Shown here in pieces: positions 42,963 through 52,267 of a stretch of 64,000 nucleotides of DNA (the first letter of the stretch is position 1; each line of letters begins with the position of its first letter). The position numbers and the translations under genes were made by a program. The stretch is taken from assembly GCA_021272165.1 (NCBI GenBank), contig JAJSLK010000047.1:39379-103378 (forward strand), read 5' to 3'. The notes below the pieces were generated by a model. That model was not told the origin of the DNA and made no database searches. It was given only the letters and a program-made list of their open reading frames with translations. This DNA comes from Candidatus Methylacidiphilales bacterium (GTDB lineage: Bacteria > Verrucomicrobiota > Verrucomicrobiia > Methylacidiphilales > UBA1321).

Positions 42963-44564
42963 TCAGGCTTCGACGGGACGGGGAGCCTTGTGGGCTTGTC
43001 CCAGGAGGAGAATCAGGGGGAGAGTTAAAATAAAGACAGCGGCAACAAAATAAAACACGTCGCGATAACTGAGCATGGTGGCTTGGGCGTTGACCGCACG
43101 GTCAATGAGCGAAAGCGCCTTGTTTTGCACGCCAATCGGATCGCCCGTCAGCGTGTTGAAGAAGGAGGTGTTGCTGCTGAGCCGGTCGTGGTAGGCGGGA
43201 TTGAGATCGGAGATGTCGTAGACAAGTTGCGATCGGTGAACGAACTGTTGCTTGGCCACGAGGGTGGTGATGATCGCTATGCCAATGCTGCCGCCAAGCT
43301 GGCGGGTCAGGCTGAAGAAGCCGGAGCCGGACGCAACGTCTTTTTTGGGCAACGAACCGAGGGTGGCAATCGAGAGAGGCAGGAACATGATGACCGTGCC
43401 GAATCCGCGCCAGATGAGCGGCCAGTAGAGCTGGTCAAAGCCAGTGTCGGGATTGATACCGGTAAAGGCCACCATGACGCCGATGGTGATGAGACAACCG
43501 GTGGCGATAAGCATCCGGGGCGGAAGTATTTTGGAAAGGGGCGCCAGGGCGAAAGTTCCAACGGCGGATGCAATGGCCCCGGGCATGAGCATGAGACCGG
43601 TCTTGGTTGCGGTGAACTGAAGGACGGTCTGGGCAAAGACCGGAACAACAAAGATTGTTCCATACAGGCCCATGCCCACGACGAGCGAAATGATGCTGCC
43701 GGCGGCGAGCGAGCGGTAACGCAGGACGCGGAGATCGACCGCGGGATGCTCGACGTGCAGTTCCTGCCAAATGAAAAGCGCGATGCCAACGATGCTGAGG
43801 AGAGTCATGCGCTGGATAAAGACAGAGGAAAGCCAGTCTTCCTGCTGGCCTTGTTCCAGCACGGTCTGGAAGGAGCCGAGGCCGACGGCAAGAAAGAGGA
43901 CGCCGAGCCAGTCAACCGAGCCGGTTTTGCGCGCATGCGGATCGTCGGGCGTAAGAAAAGTCGTGCACATGAAGACAGCAAAAATGCCGAGCGGAACGTT
44001 GATGAAGAAAATCCAGCGCCAGCCGAGATTATCCGTCAGGTAGCCGCCGAGCGCCGGGCCGATGGCGGGACCGGCGATGACGCCCAGGGTGAAGATCGTA
44101 CTGGCCTTGGCCTGCTCCTCGCGCGGGACGGTCTCGAACATCAGGGCCTGGGCTTTGGCCAAAAGGCCGCCGCCGCCGAGGCCCTGAATGACGCGGCCGA
44201 TGATCAGCATGGCGAGATTGGTGGCGAAGCCGCAGAGAACGGAAGCGAGGGTGAAGGCGATGAGCGAGAAAATGAAATAGCGTTTCTTGCCGAAACGAAG
44301 TCCCAGCCACGCCGAGAGGGGAATCACGATGACGTTGGCGATGGAATAACCGGTGGAAACCCAGCCGATTTCCGAGAGGGTGGCGCTGAGATTGCCCTGC
44401 ATGTAGGGCAGGGCGACGTTGACGATGCTGACGTCGACGACCTCCAGGATGGCGGCGAAGGCGGCGGTGAGCACGATGGCCCATTTCAACCAGCCTTGTT
44501 CCGCGGCACGCCGGGAGAGGGGCGAAAGACCCTCGGGAAAGGGAGCGTCCAGAGCGATGCTCAA
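42963..44564 (-). CDS. emrB: DHA2 (EmrB/QacA) MFS efflux permease
   Basis: D.SIVNVALP, WRWIFFINVP, RQLGGSIGIA; about 14 TM. Confidence 0.9.
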   Translation of the reverse strand: MSIALDAPFPEGLSPLSRRAAEQGWLKWAIVLTAAFAAILEVVDVSIVNVALPYMQGNLSATLSEIGWVSTGYSIANVIVIPLSAWLGLRFGKKRYFIFSLIAFTLASVLCGFATNLAMLIIGRVIQGLGGGGLLAKAQALMFETVPREEQAKASTIFTLGVIAGPAIGPALGGYLTDNLGWRWIFFINVPLGIFAVFMCTTFLTPDDPHARKTGSVDWLGVLFLAVGLGSFQTVLEQGQQEDWLSSVFIQRMTLLSIVGIALFIWQELHVEHPAVDLRVLRYRSLAAGSIISLVVGMGLYGTIFVVPVFAQTVLQFTATKTGLMLMPGAIASAVGTFALAPLSKILPPRMLIATGCLITIGVMVAFTGINPDTGFDQLYWPLIWRGFGTVIMFLPLSIATLGSLPKKDVASGSGFFSLTRQLGGSIGIAIITTLVAKQQFVHRSQLVYDISDLNPAYHDRLSSNTSFFNTLTGDPIGVQNKALSLIDRAVNAQATMLSYRDVFYFVAAVFILTLPLILLLGQAHKAPRPVEA

Positions 44565-45136
44565 GGCTCAATTCCTTTCAGGAAAATTTCAACGCAGGTG
44601 TCGACGTAGCGGCGCCAGCTATAGGTTGTTTCGGTGAGGGGACGGCGCAGGACACCGGACATCAACATGCCGGACAGGGCATCGGTGGCCGTGACGGAAT
44701 CGAGATCCTTGCGGACCAAGCCGGCTTTTTTGGCGCCTTCCAGATAGGCGATAAACTTCAAACGGACGGGCCGGGATGATTCGACGAAAATGCGGCGGCT
44801 GAGTTTGAGATGACGGTGCATTTCGCCGATGAAGGTGCGGACGAAGTTCTCATTTTCGGTGAGTTTCTGGGCATGGGCCTCGGCATAGACGCGGACGGTG
44901 CGGCGCAGGTCTTCGGGACTATTGAGCGAGGCGTCGGCAAAAATCTGTCCGTAGCGTTTGCAGGAATGAAGGACGACCTGGCGCAGGAGCTCGTTCTTGT
45001 TTTTGAAATAGCGAAAGAGCGTGACCTCGTTCACCTTGGCCACCCGGGCGATTTCCCGGGTGGTGGCGCCGGAGACGCCATCGCGGCCGAAGACGCGGAG
45101 GGCGGCGTCGATGATGCGTTGGGCGGTTTCTTTCAT
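44561..45136 (-). CDS. TetR/AcrR family regulator
   Basis: RIIDAA..VF...G..GATTREIA..A.VNEVTLFRYF. Confidence 0.92.
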   Translation of the reverse strand: MKETAQRIIDAALRVFGRDGVSGATTREIARVAKVNEVTLFRYFKNKNELLRQVVLHSCKRYGQIFADASLNSPEDLRRTVRVYAEAHAQKLTENENFVRTFIGEMHRHLKLSRRIFVESSRPVRLKFIAYLEGAKKAGLVRKDLDSVTATDALSGMLMSGVLRRPLTETTYSWRRYVDTCVEIFLKGIEP

Positions 45137-45160
45137 GCAAGTACATACTTGCATGAAAGA
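45129..45160. promoter_or_regulatory. Probable TetR operator (perfect 15-bp inverted repeat)
   Basis: TCTTTCATGCAAGTA-CA-TACTTGCATGAAAGA overlapping the tetR ATG. Confidence 0.8.
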
Positions 45161-45248
45161 GGTTGGAGCGCAAGCGAATGAGGGAGGAGGGGGTGCCTCA
45201 GGACTTGTTTGCGGGATCGACCTGCCGCAAACTGTACGATCTCTCTTC

Positions 45249-46736
45249 ATGCACGCCAGCGCTTCCTCTCCACGCTTTCTTGGCCTGTCGCCCGCCTGGG
45301 CGGCCGTTTTGGTCATTGGGGTGGCCACTGTTTTCCGCTTTTTCTACGCCGTCTGGCTGCCGTTGCTGCCGGACGAGGCCTATTACCTCCAGTGGTCACG
45401 ACATCTGGATGCGAGTTACTTCAGCAAAGGGCCGGCGATTGCTTATACAATCTGGGCCGGCACGGCGCTCTTCGGGAGCCATAACTGTGGGGTCCGCTTT
45501 TTTGCCGTGCTGCTTTCGGCCGGAACGGCCTGGCAGATTTTTTTGCTGGCGCGGCGCTGGTACGATGAGGTTACAGCGCTGGTCGCGGTTTTGATCGCGG
45601 GCGTGGTGCCGCTTTTTGCACTCGGCGCAGTGGTCATGACCATCGACCCGCTTTCGGCATTTTTCTGGGTCTGGGCGGCGAATCTCTTTTCCCGAGCGAT
45701 TCAGGACGGACTTTGGCGGGACTGGTTGCTGACCGGCTTCGCGATCGGATGCGGATTCCTGGCCAAATATCTCAACGCGCTGGAACTCGTCGCGTTTCTG
45801 GTTTTTCTTCTGCTCGTGCCGGAACGGCGGCGGCTGCTGGGTCGGCCTCAATTCTGGACCATGGCGATAATGGCGCTGATTTGCGCGCTGCCGGTGTTCT
45901 GGTGGAACTGGCAGCACGGCTGGGTAAGCGCCGCGCAACTCGGCAACCGTGGGCATCTCGAGGGCAGATTCGATCTCCATTTCTCCACGTTTTTCGATTT
46001 TCTTAGCCAGCAGGCTCTGGTGATTTCGCCCCTCCTCTTTCTGGCGTTGTTGGCGGCGGCCTGCCGCGTGCTTTATCTCCGCGCCGGGAACGGCTGGCCG
46101 GAAAAAAGCGAAGGGGAGTTGCTCCTGCTGATTTTGTTTCTGACGGTCTTTCTTTTTTATGTGGTCCTGGCGTGGCACCTGCGCGGCGAGCCGAACTGGC
46201 CGGCGGTTTCCTACCTGACCTTGATCGTGATTCTCGCCTCGCGCTGGCGGCAAATTTTGGACCGGAACGGAAGCGCTCGATATTTTATTAGCGCGGCCTT
46301 TTTGCTGGCCTGGCTGCAGACCGTGGTATTTCACGATCCCGAGGTTCTTCCTCTTTCCTTCAAGACCGATCCGATGAGCCGGGTGGTGGGTTGGACGGAG
46401 ATCGCGGGGCGGCTCGACGACATCCGGCACGAGCAGAACGCGGATGTCCTGATCGCCGATGCCTACAAGGAGGCGAGCATCCTGTCGTTCCACCTGCCGG
46501 ACCAGGGATTCATCTACACCGTGCGGCATGACCGTCCCGCAACGCAATACGATTTCTGGCCGACCTACCCAACCTCGCCGCCGCATCGGGCGCTCTGGAT
46601 TACCGAGACGGACGAGAATAAACCCGCGGTTCTCGCGCACGATTTCAGCCGCATTACGCCGATCGAATACATGATCGTTTCGTTTCACGGCCGCGTCTTC
46701 CGTCAATACACGGTCTATCTTTGCGAGAATCCATGA
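45249..46736 (+). CDS. ArnT/PMT-like GT-C glycosyltransferase
   Basis: DEAYY..WS..LD.SY.SKGP, T.DP, AKY, P...WN. Confidence 0.85.
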   Translation: MHASASSPRFLGLSPAWAAVLVIGVATVFRFFYAVWLPLLPDEAYYLQWSRHLDASYFSKGPAIAYTIWAGTALFGSHNCGVRFFAVLLSAGTAWQIFLLARRWYDEVTALVAVLIAGVVPLFALGAVVMTIDPLSAFFWVWAANLFSRAIQDGLWRDWLLTGFAIGCGFLAKYLNALELVAFLVFLLLVPERRRLLGRPQFWTMAIMALICALPVFWWNWQHGWVSAAQLGNRGHLEGRFDLHFSTFFDFLSQQALVISPLLFLALLAAACRVLYLRAGNGWPEKSEGELLLLILFLTVFLFYVVLAWHLRGEPNWPAVSYLTLIVILASRWRQILDRNGSARYFISAAFLLAWLQTVVFHDPEVLPLSFKTDPMSRVVGWTEIAGRLDDIRHEQNADVLIADAYKEASILSFHLPDQGFIYTVRHDRPATQYDFWPTYPTSPPHRALWITETDENKPAVLAHDFSRITPIEYMIVSFHGRVFRQYTVYLCENP

Positions 46737-48058
46737 CGTATCAAGAGACTCTTTCCTATCTCAGCGAGGCTCGGCGCTTCGGCATGAAACCGGGGTTGGA
46801 GCCGATGCATGAAGTGGCGCTGCTACTGGGTGAGCCGCAACAGGGACTAAGGTTCATCCATATCGCGGGAACGAATGGCAAGGGATCGACCGCGGCGTTT
46901 TGTGAATCGGTTCTGCGCGCGGCAGGGCACCGCGTTGGACTTTACACGTCGCCGCACCTCGTCAGCATCCGCGAACGAATCCAGATCAATCGCGAGCCGA
47001 TTTCCGAAGAGGCGTTTGCGGAGGGGCTCACGGCGGTGCGCGAAGCGGTCGAAAAAATGGAAGGTGCGCAGGTGACTTTTTTTGAGCTGATAACGGCGCT
47101 GGCGCTTTGGCACTTCGCGCGGGAGAAAGTCGACTGGGTGGTATGGGAAACAGGACTGGGCGGGCGGCTCGACGCGACGAACATTGTCACGCCCGCGGTT
47201 TGTATCATCACGAGCATCGGGTTGGAGCATCAGCAGTACCTGGGTGAATCGCTGCGGGAAATTGCCGGCGAAAAAGCGGGGATCATCAAGCCAGGTGTCC
47301 CGGTGGTGAGTGGCGTGGAGCAGATCGAAGCCGCGCAGGTGATCCGGCAGCGCGCGGAAGAGATGGGAAGCCCGCTGGTTCTTTTGTCGCGGGACATGGA
47401 GGTGAGAAATCTCGGTATGGAGGAAGGGAGGCAGGCCGCGGAAATCAACGGACGGCGTTATGTCCTGGGCCTGATCGGAGCTCATCAGGTGGCGAACTCC
47501 GCTTGTGCGGTGGTGGCATTGCAAAAATTGAAGGTGCCGGGTGAAGCCATTGCCCGCGGTCTGGAAAACACGGTCTGGCCGGCGCGCTTCGAGATTCTGC
47601 GCGACGATCCACTGATGGTCCTGGACGGCGCGCATAATCCGGCGGGGATGGCAGCGTTGACCGAAACATGGCGGGCCTTTCTGGCATCGCGTTTGGGTTG
47701 CCGGGTATCGGAAACCGAAGGCCGCGCTCATCTCATTTTTTCATCCGTGTCGGAAAAGAACATCGCGGAAATGGCGCGGCTGCTGCGTCCTTTGGCGAAG
47801 CGCGTTTCAGTGGTTCGTCTCGGACATGATCGGGGCGCGGAGCCCTCGCAACTGGCGGAGGCTTTTTCAGATATTCCTTGCGCCAGTTACGATTCGGTGT
47901 CGGCTTTGTGGCGGGAAATTGCGGCCACCTCTGATTCTGACCCGATACTTATATGCGGTTCACTTTTTCTTGCCGGAGAAATGCTTGCCCAGCGGCATGG
48001 CCATGCGGAAGAATATCGCCTCAACGAACGATTGGAGGCTTCCCTTGCCACGCGCTAA
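46733..48058 (+). CDS. folC: Folylpolyglutamate/dihydrofolate synthase
   Basis: HIAGTNGKGS, YTSPHL, ETGLGGRLDATN, LDGAHN, GSLFLAG. Confidence 0.95.
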   Translation: MTYQETLSYLSEARRFGMKPGLEPMHEVALLLGEPQQGLRFIHIAGTNGKGSTAAFCESVLRAAGHRVGLYTSPHLVSIRERIQINREPISEEAFAEGLTAVREAVEKMEGAQVTFFELITALALWHFAREKVDWVVWETGLGGRLDATNIVTPAVCIITSIGLEHQQYLGESLREIAGEKAGIIKPGVPVVSGVEQIEAAQVIRQRAEEMGSPLVLLSRDMEVRNLGMEEGRQAAEINGRRYVLGLIGAHQVANSACAVVALQKLKVPGEAIARGLENTVWPARFEILRDDPLMVLDGAHNPAGMAALTETWRAFLASRLGCRVSETEGRAHLIFSSVSEKNIAEMARLLRPLAKRVSVVRLGHDRGAEPSQLAEAFSDIPCASYDSVSALWREIAATSDSDPILICGSLFLAGEMLAQRHGHAEEYRLNERLEASLATR

Positions 48059-48743
48059 ATCAGACTCATCCGGGCGTGTTCGGGCGATTGTTTTCGATGC
48101 CGGCGGCACGCTGATGTACCCGGCCGATCCGATCGGCGAGACTTACGCGAAGTTTGCCCGCAGTCATGGCTTCAAACTGGCGGCGGAGGCGACAACGAAC
48201 GCCTTTCGGGAGGCGATGAAAGCGGCCTCGCCGCGCACGAAGGGAACCGTGCCTCGCGATGGCAACGACCGCGAATGGTGGAAGCAAATCGTGAAGCGCT
48301 CGCTGCCCGAGCAGCCGCCGATTGATCCCACCGCGTTCGAAACCTTCTTTGAAGAAGTTTATCTCTATTTTGGCAAACCGGAGGCCTGGGGCATTTATCC
48401 CGAGGTCCTCGAGGTATTCGAGGAACTGCGCGATCACGATGTTGATCTCGCGGTGCTTTCCAATTGGGACGGACGGCTGCACACCGTGCTTGATGGCAAT
48501 GGCCTCGGCGAATATTTGCCGAACCGTTTCATCAGCGCGGAGCTTGGTTGGGAGAAGCCCGATCCGGCCATCTACCGGCATGTCGCCGACGTGATGCGGA
48601 TTCAGCCTGCCTCATTGCTCAGTGTCGGTGACGACGCGCGGAACGATGTGGAGGGCCCGCGCCGGGCGGGCTGGCAGGCGGTGCAAATCGAACGGCCCAA
48701 GAAGGATCTCTGGGGCGCTGTTCGGGCCGTGACCCGGCGATAA
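48045..48743 (+). CDS. HAD-IA hydrolase (HDHD3/REG-2-like)
   Basis: FDAGGTL, LSNWD, EKPDP.I, VGD...ND; GGAGG before TTG. Confidence 0.85.
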   Translation: MPRAKSDSSGRVRAIVFDAGGTLMYPADPIGETYAKFARSHGFKLAAEATTNAFREAMKAASPRTKGTVPRDGNDREWWKQIVKRSLPEQPPIDPTAFETFFEEVYLYFGKPEAWGIYPEVLEVFEELRDHDVDLAVLSNWDGRLHTVLDGNGLGEYLPNRFISAELGWEKPDPAIYRHVADVMRIQPASLLSVGDDARNDVEGPRRAGWQAVQIERPKKDLWGAVRAVTRR

Positions 48744-48789
48744 GAGAATCTGTATTAATTTGAGTTGCGCTTATATCTTCCTTACCCCG

Positions 48790-48825
48790 TTGACGGCAGG
48801 GATTTAAATTACTAGTTTGCCCCGC
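48790..48825 (+). promoter_or_regulatory. sigma70-type leaderless promoter of the sdh operon
   Basis: TTGACG-17nt-TAGTTT-7nt-ATG. Confidence 0.6.
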
Positions 48826-49656
48826 ATGGATTTAACGGGAGCGCTTCCGAAACAGCGGCACTTCGGCGAGACCACCCGTTCCGATCCCTGGTACCTTCAG
48901 CCGGTTCTTGTTTTCCTCGGCTTCTCCGCGTTCATCGTTTATTCGACCTGGGCCGCGTTTCAGGGGCTCGACGCCACCCACACCTATTTCTGGTATGGAG
49001 GTGGTGGCGCGAATTATCTGTCGCCGTTTTATTCTCCGATTTTGTTTGGCTCGAACGACCATCCCGGTTTCTTCGGCGTCATTCCTTCCTGGTGGCCCGC
49101 GCTTCTTCCTTTTTCGCCGGCGTTTCTCATCATGTGGATTCCCGCTGGGTTCCGCTTCACCTGTTATTATTATCGCGGCGCCTACTACAAGGCGTTCTGG
49201 CTCGATCCGGTAAACTGTGCGGTGGGCGAGCCGCGCAAAAGTTATCTCGGCGAGCGGTATCTGCCCCTCATTCTCCAGAACGTCCATCGTTACTTCCTCT
49301 ACCTGGCTCTGATTTTTATCTTTATCCTGGGCCGCGATGCGTGGGATTCCCTTTGGTTCACTGATTACGCCGGGATGGAGCACTTCGGCGTTGCCGTCGG
49401 ATCGCTGGTCCTGATTTTGAACGTCATCCTGCTCGCGGGTTATACGTGCGGATGCCATTCGCTGCGGCACCTGGTCGGCGGTTTTCTCGATGCCAAATCG
49501 AAGGCCCGCGCCTGTGCGACCTGCTACAACGCGGTGAGCTGCCTCAATGCCCGCCACATGCTCTGGGCGTGGATGAGCCTTTTCTGGGTCGGATTCACCG
49601 ACGTCTACATCCGCCTGTGCGCGATGGGCATCTGGCACGACATCCGGTTCTTTTAA
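48826..49656 (+). CDS. Succinate dehydrogenase membrane anchor, mycobacterial Sdh1 (Rv0249c)-type
   Basis: YLSPFYSP, FRFTCYYYR.AYY.AF, QN.HRYF, GCHSLRH; precedes sdhA-sdhB. Confidence 0.82.
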   Translation: MDLTGALPKQRHFGETTRSDPWYLQPVLVFLGFSAFIVYSTWAAFQGLDATHTYFWYGGGGANYLSPFYSPILFGSNDHPGFFGVIPSWWPALLPFSPAFLIMWIPAGFRFTCYYYRGAYYKAFWLDPVNCAVGEPRKSYLGERYLPLILQNVHRYFLYLALIFIFILGRDAWDSLWFTDYAGMEHFGVAVGSLVLILNVILLAGYTCGCHSLRHLVGGFLDAKSKARACATCYNAVSCLNARHMLWAWMSLFWVGFTDVYIRLCAMGIWHDIRFF

Positions 49657-49668
49657 TTTTATCCACCC

Positions 49669-51486
49669 GTGGCCACTAATTACGAAACTTTCGAGTACGA
49701 CGTGCTGGTCATCGGCGCGGGCGGAGCGGGACTGCGCGCGGCCATTGAGGCCTCGGCATTGGGTGTGAAAGTCGGGCTGGTCTGCAAATCGCTTCTCGGC
49801 AAGGCGCATACCGTGATGGCCGAGGGCGGCATGGCAGCGGCGATGGCCAACGTTGACGACCGCGATAGTTGGAAAGTTCATTTCGCCGATACAATGCGCG
49901 GCGGCCAATATCTCAATAACTGGCGCATGGCCGAGCTGCACGCCAAGGAAGCGCCCGCGCGGGTCTATGAGCTGGAAGCATGGGGCGCGGTGTTCGACCG
50001 GACGAAGGACGGCAAGATTCTCCAGCGCAATTTCGGCGGCCATCGTTATCCGCGTCTGGCTCACGTGGGCGATCGCACCGGCCTGGAAATGATCCGCACG
50101 CTGCAGGACCACGGAATTCATCAGGGAATCACGGTCCACATGGAATGGACCATTGTCACGCTGCTCAAGGACGGCAACCGGGTCGTCGGCGCGTTCGGTT
50201 ACGACCGCGAGCGGGGCCGGTTCAAGGTCCTCCGGGCCAAGGCGGTTGTGGTGGCCTCGGGCGGTCTCGGCCGCGCCTACAGGATCACCAGCAATTCGTG
50301 GGAAGGGACCGGCGACGGCCATTCGCTCGCTTATCACGCGGGCGCCGACTTGCTCGACATGGAATTCATCCAGTTTCATCCCACCGGCATGATCTGGCCG
50401 CCGAGCGTGCAGGGCCTGCTCGTGACCGAAGGCGTGCGCGGTGAGGGGGGCATCCTCCTGAACAAGGACGGCAAGCGGTTCATGTTCGATGACATTCCCG
50501 ACAATTATAAATCGCAGACCTCGACCGATCCCGAGGAGGGCTGGCGCTACACGCAGGGCGACAAGAACGCCCGTCGGCCACCGGAACTCCTGACCCGCGA
50601 CCACGTCGCGCGCTGCATCAATCGCGAGGTGAAGGCGGGCCGCGGCAGCCCCCACGGCGGCGTTTTCCTCGACATCGCCTGGATCAAGGAAAAGATTCCG
50701 AATGCCGCGGAGCACATCAAAAAGAAGCTGCCGAGCATGTACCACCAGTTCATGCAACTGGCTAATCTCGACATCACCAGGGAGCCGATGGAAATCGGCC
50801 CGACGACCCACTACGTCATGGGCGGCGTCCGCGTCAACGGCGACACCCAGATGTCGAGCGTCCCCGGGCTCTTCGCCGCCGGCGAATGCGCAGCGGGCCT
50901 GCACGGCGCGAACCGCTTGGGCGGCAATTCACTTTCCGATCTGCTTGTTTTCGGCAAGCGCGCCGGCGAATACGCTGCGAAGTACGCCAAAGAAAGTCCG
51001 GCCGGGAAGATTGACGACGCGCAGGTGGAGGAAGCCGCGCGGCAGGCGCTCGAACCGTTCGAGCGGACCGGCAGCGCCGAGGGGCCCTACCAGGTGCAAC
51101 ACGATTTGCAGACGATGATGCAGGACCTCGTGGGCATCGTGCGGCGTGAGGAGGAAATGGCCCGCGCGCTCGACGGCATCAGCCAGCTCAAGGAACGGGC
51201 CGCCAAGGCCGCCGTTCACGGCCATCGCGAATACAATCCCGGCTGGCACACCGCGCTCGATCTCAAGCACCTGCTCACCGTTTCCGAGGCGATTGCCCGT
51301 TCGGCTATCGACCGGAAAGAGAGCCGCGGCGGCCATTTCCGCGACGATTTCCCCGAGAAAAGCGCTGAGGCGGCCAAGGTCAACACAGTTATTTCGAAAG
51401 CGGCGGATGGTTCCATGCAATTGCGCCGCGAGCCGATTCCCGCCATGCCGGATGAGCTGAAACAAGTCATCGAGGAGATGAAATGA
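49669..51486 (+). CDS. sdhA: Succinate dehydrogenase/fumarate reductase flavoprotein
   Basis: GAGGAG, KAHTVMAEGG (covalent FAD His), QFHPT, HGANRLGGNSL, ESRGGH. Confidence 0.95.
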   Translation: MATNYETFEYDVLVIGAGGAGLRAAIEASALGVKVGLVCKSLLGKAHTVMAEGGMAAAMANVDDRDSWKVHFADTMRGGQYLNNWRMAELHAKEAPARVYELEAWGAVFDRTKDGKILQRNFGGHRYPRLAHVGDRTGLEMIRTLQDHGIHQGITVHMEWTIVTLLKDGNRVVGAFGYDRERGRFKVLRAKAVVVASGGLGRAYRITSNSWEGTGDGHSLAYHAGADLLDMEFIQFHPTGMIWPPSVQGLLVTEGVRGEGGILLNKDGKRFMFDDIPDNYKSQTSTDPEEGWRYTQGDKNARRPPELLTRDHVARCINREVKAGRGSPHGGVFLDIAWIKEKIPNAAEHIKKKLPSMYHQFMQLANLDITREPMEIGPTTHYVMGGVRVNGDTQMSSVPGLFAAGECAAGLHGANRLGGNSLSDLLVFGKRAGEYAAKYAKESPAGKIDDAQVEEAARQALEPFERTGSAEGPYQVQHDLQTMMQDLVGIVRREEEMARALDGISQLKERAAKAAVHGHREYNPGWHTALDLKHLLTVSEAIARSAIDRKESRGGHFRDDFPEKSAEAAKVNTVISKAADGSMQLRREPIPAMPDELKQVIEEMK

Positions 51487-52229
51487 AAAAGGTCACTTTC
51501 AAAATCTGGCGCGGCGATGCGGAAGGTGGCGAGCTGATTGAATACACGACCGAGGCCACGGAGGGCATGGTCATCCTCGATGTCGTCCACAAAATCCAGG
51601 CGACCCAGGCCAATGACCTTTCCTGCCGCTGGAACTGCAAAGCCGGTAAATGCGGTTCGTGCTCGGCGGAGATCAACGGCGTTCCGCGGCTCATGTGCAT
51701 GACACGCATGGACATGATTCCGACCCACCAGCCGGTGACCATCGAGCCGATGCGCGCCTTTCCCCGCATTCGCGACCTCGTCACCGACGTTTCCTGGAAT
51801 TTCCGCGTGAAGCAGAAGATCAAGCCGTTCAAGCCGCGCACCCCCGATGCGCCGGACGGCACCTGGCGTATGCAGCAGGAGGACATCGACCGCGTGCAGG
51901 AATTCCGCAAGTGCATCGAATGCTTCCTCTGCCAGGACGTCTGCCATGTGCTGCGCGATCACCACAAACACGAGGAATTCATCGGCCCGCGCTTCCTCGT
52001 CTACACCGCGGCGCTGGAAATGCACCCGCTCGACACCGAGGACCGGCTGCCGGAACTGAAGCAGGCGCACGGCATCGGCTACTGCAACATCACCAAGTGC
52101 TGCACCAAGGTCTGCCCCGAGCACATCACCATCACCGACAACGCGATCATTCCGTTGAAGGAACGTGTCGTAGACGACTTCTACGATCCCCTCGGCTGGC
52201 TCTGGAAGCTTCTTCGACCGAAGGGTTGA
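51483..52229 (+). CDS. sdhB: Succinate dehydrogenase Fe-S subunit
   Basis: CKAGKCGSC, CIECFLCQDVC, CNITKCCTKVCP. Confidence 0.95.
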   Translation: MKKVTFKIWRGDAEGGELIEYTTEATEGMVILDVVHKIQATQANDLSCRWNCKAGKCGSCSAEINGVPRLMCMTRMDMIPTHQPVTIEPMRAFPRIRDLVTDVSWNFRVKQKIKPFKPRTPDAPDGTWRMQQEDIDRVQEFRKCIECFLCQDVCHVLRDHHKHEEFIGPRFLVYTAALEMHPLDTEDRLPELKQAHGIGYCNITKCCTKVCPEHITITDNAIIPLKERVVDDFYDPLGWLWKLLRPKG

Positions 52230-52267
52230 ACGCAATTTCCCGGGACGGGTTTCGTTCTGGAACGATT

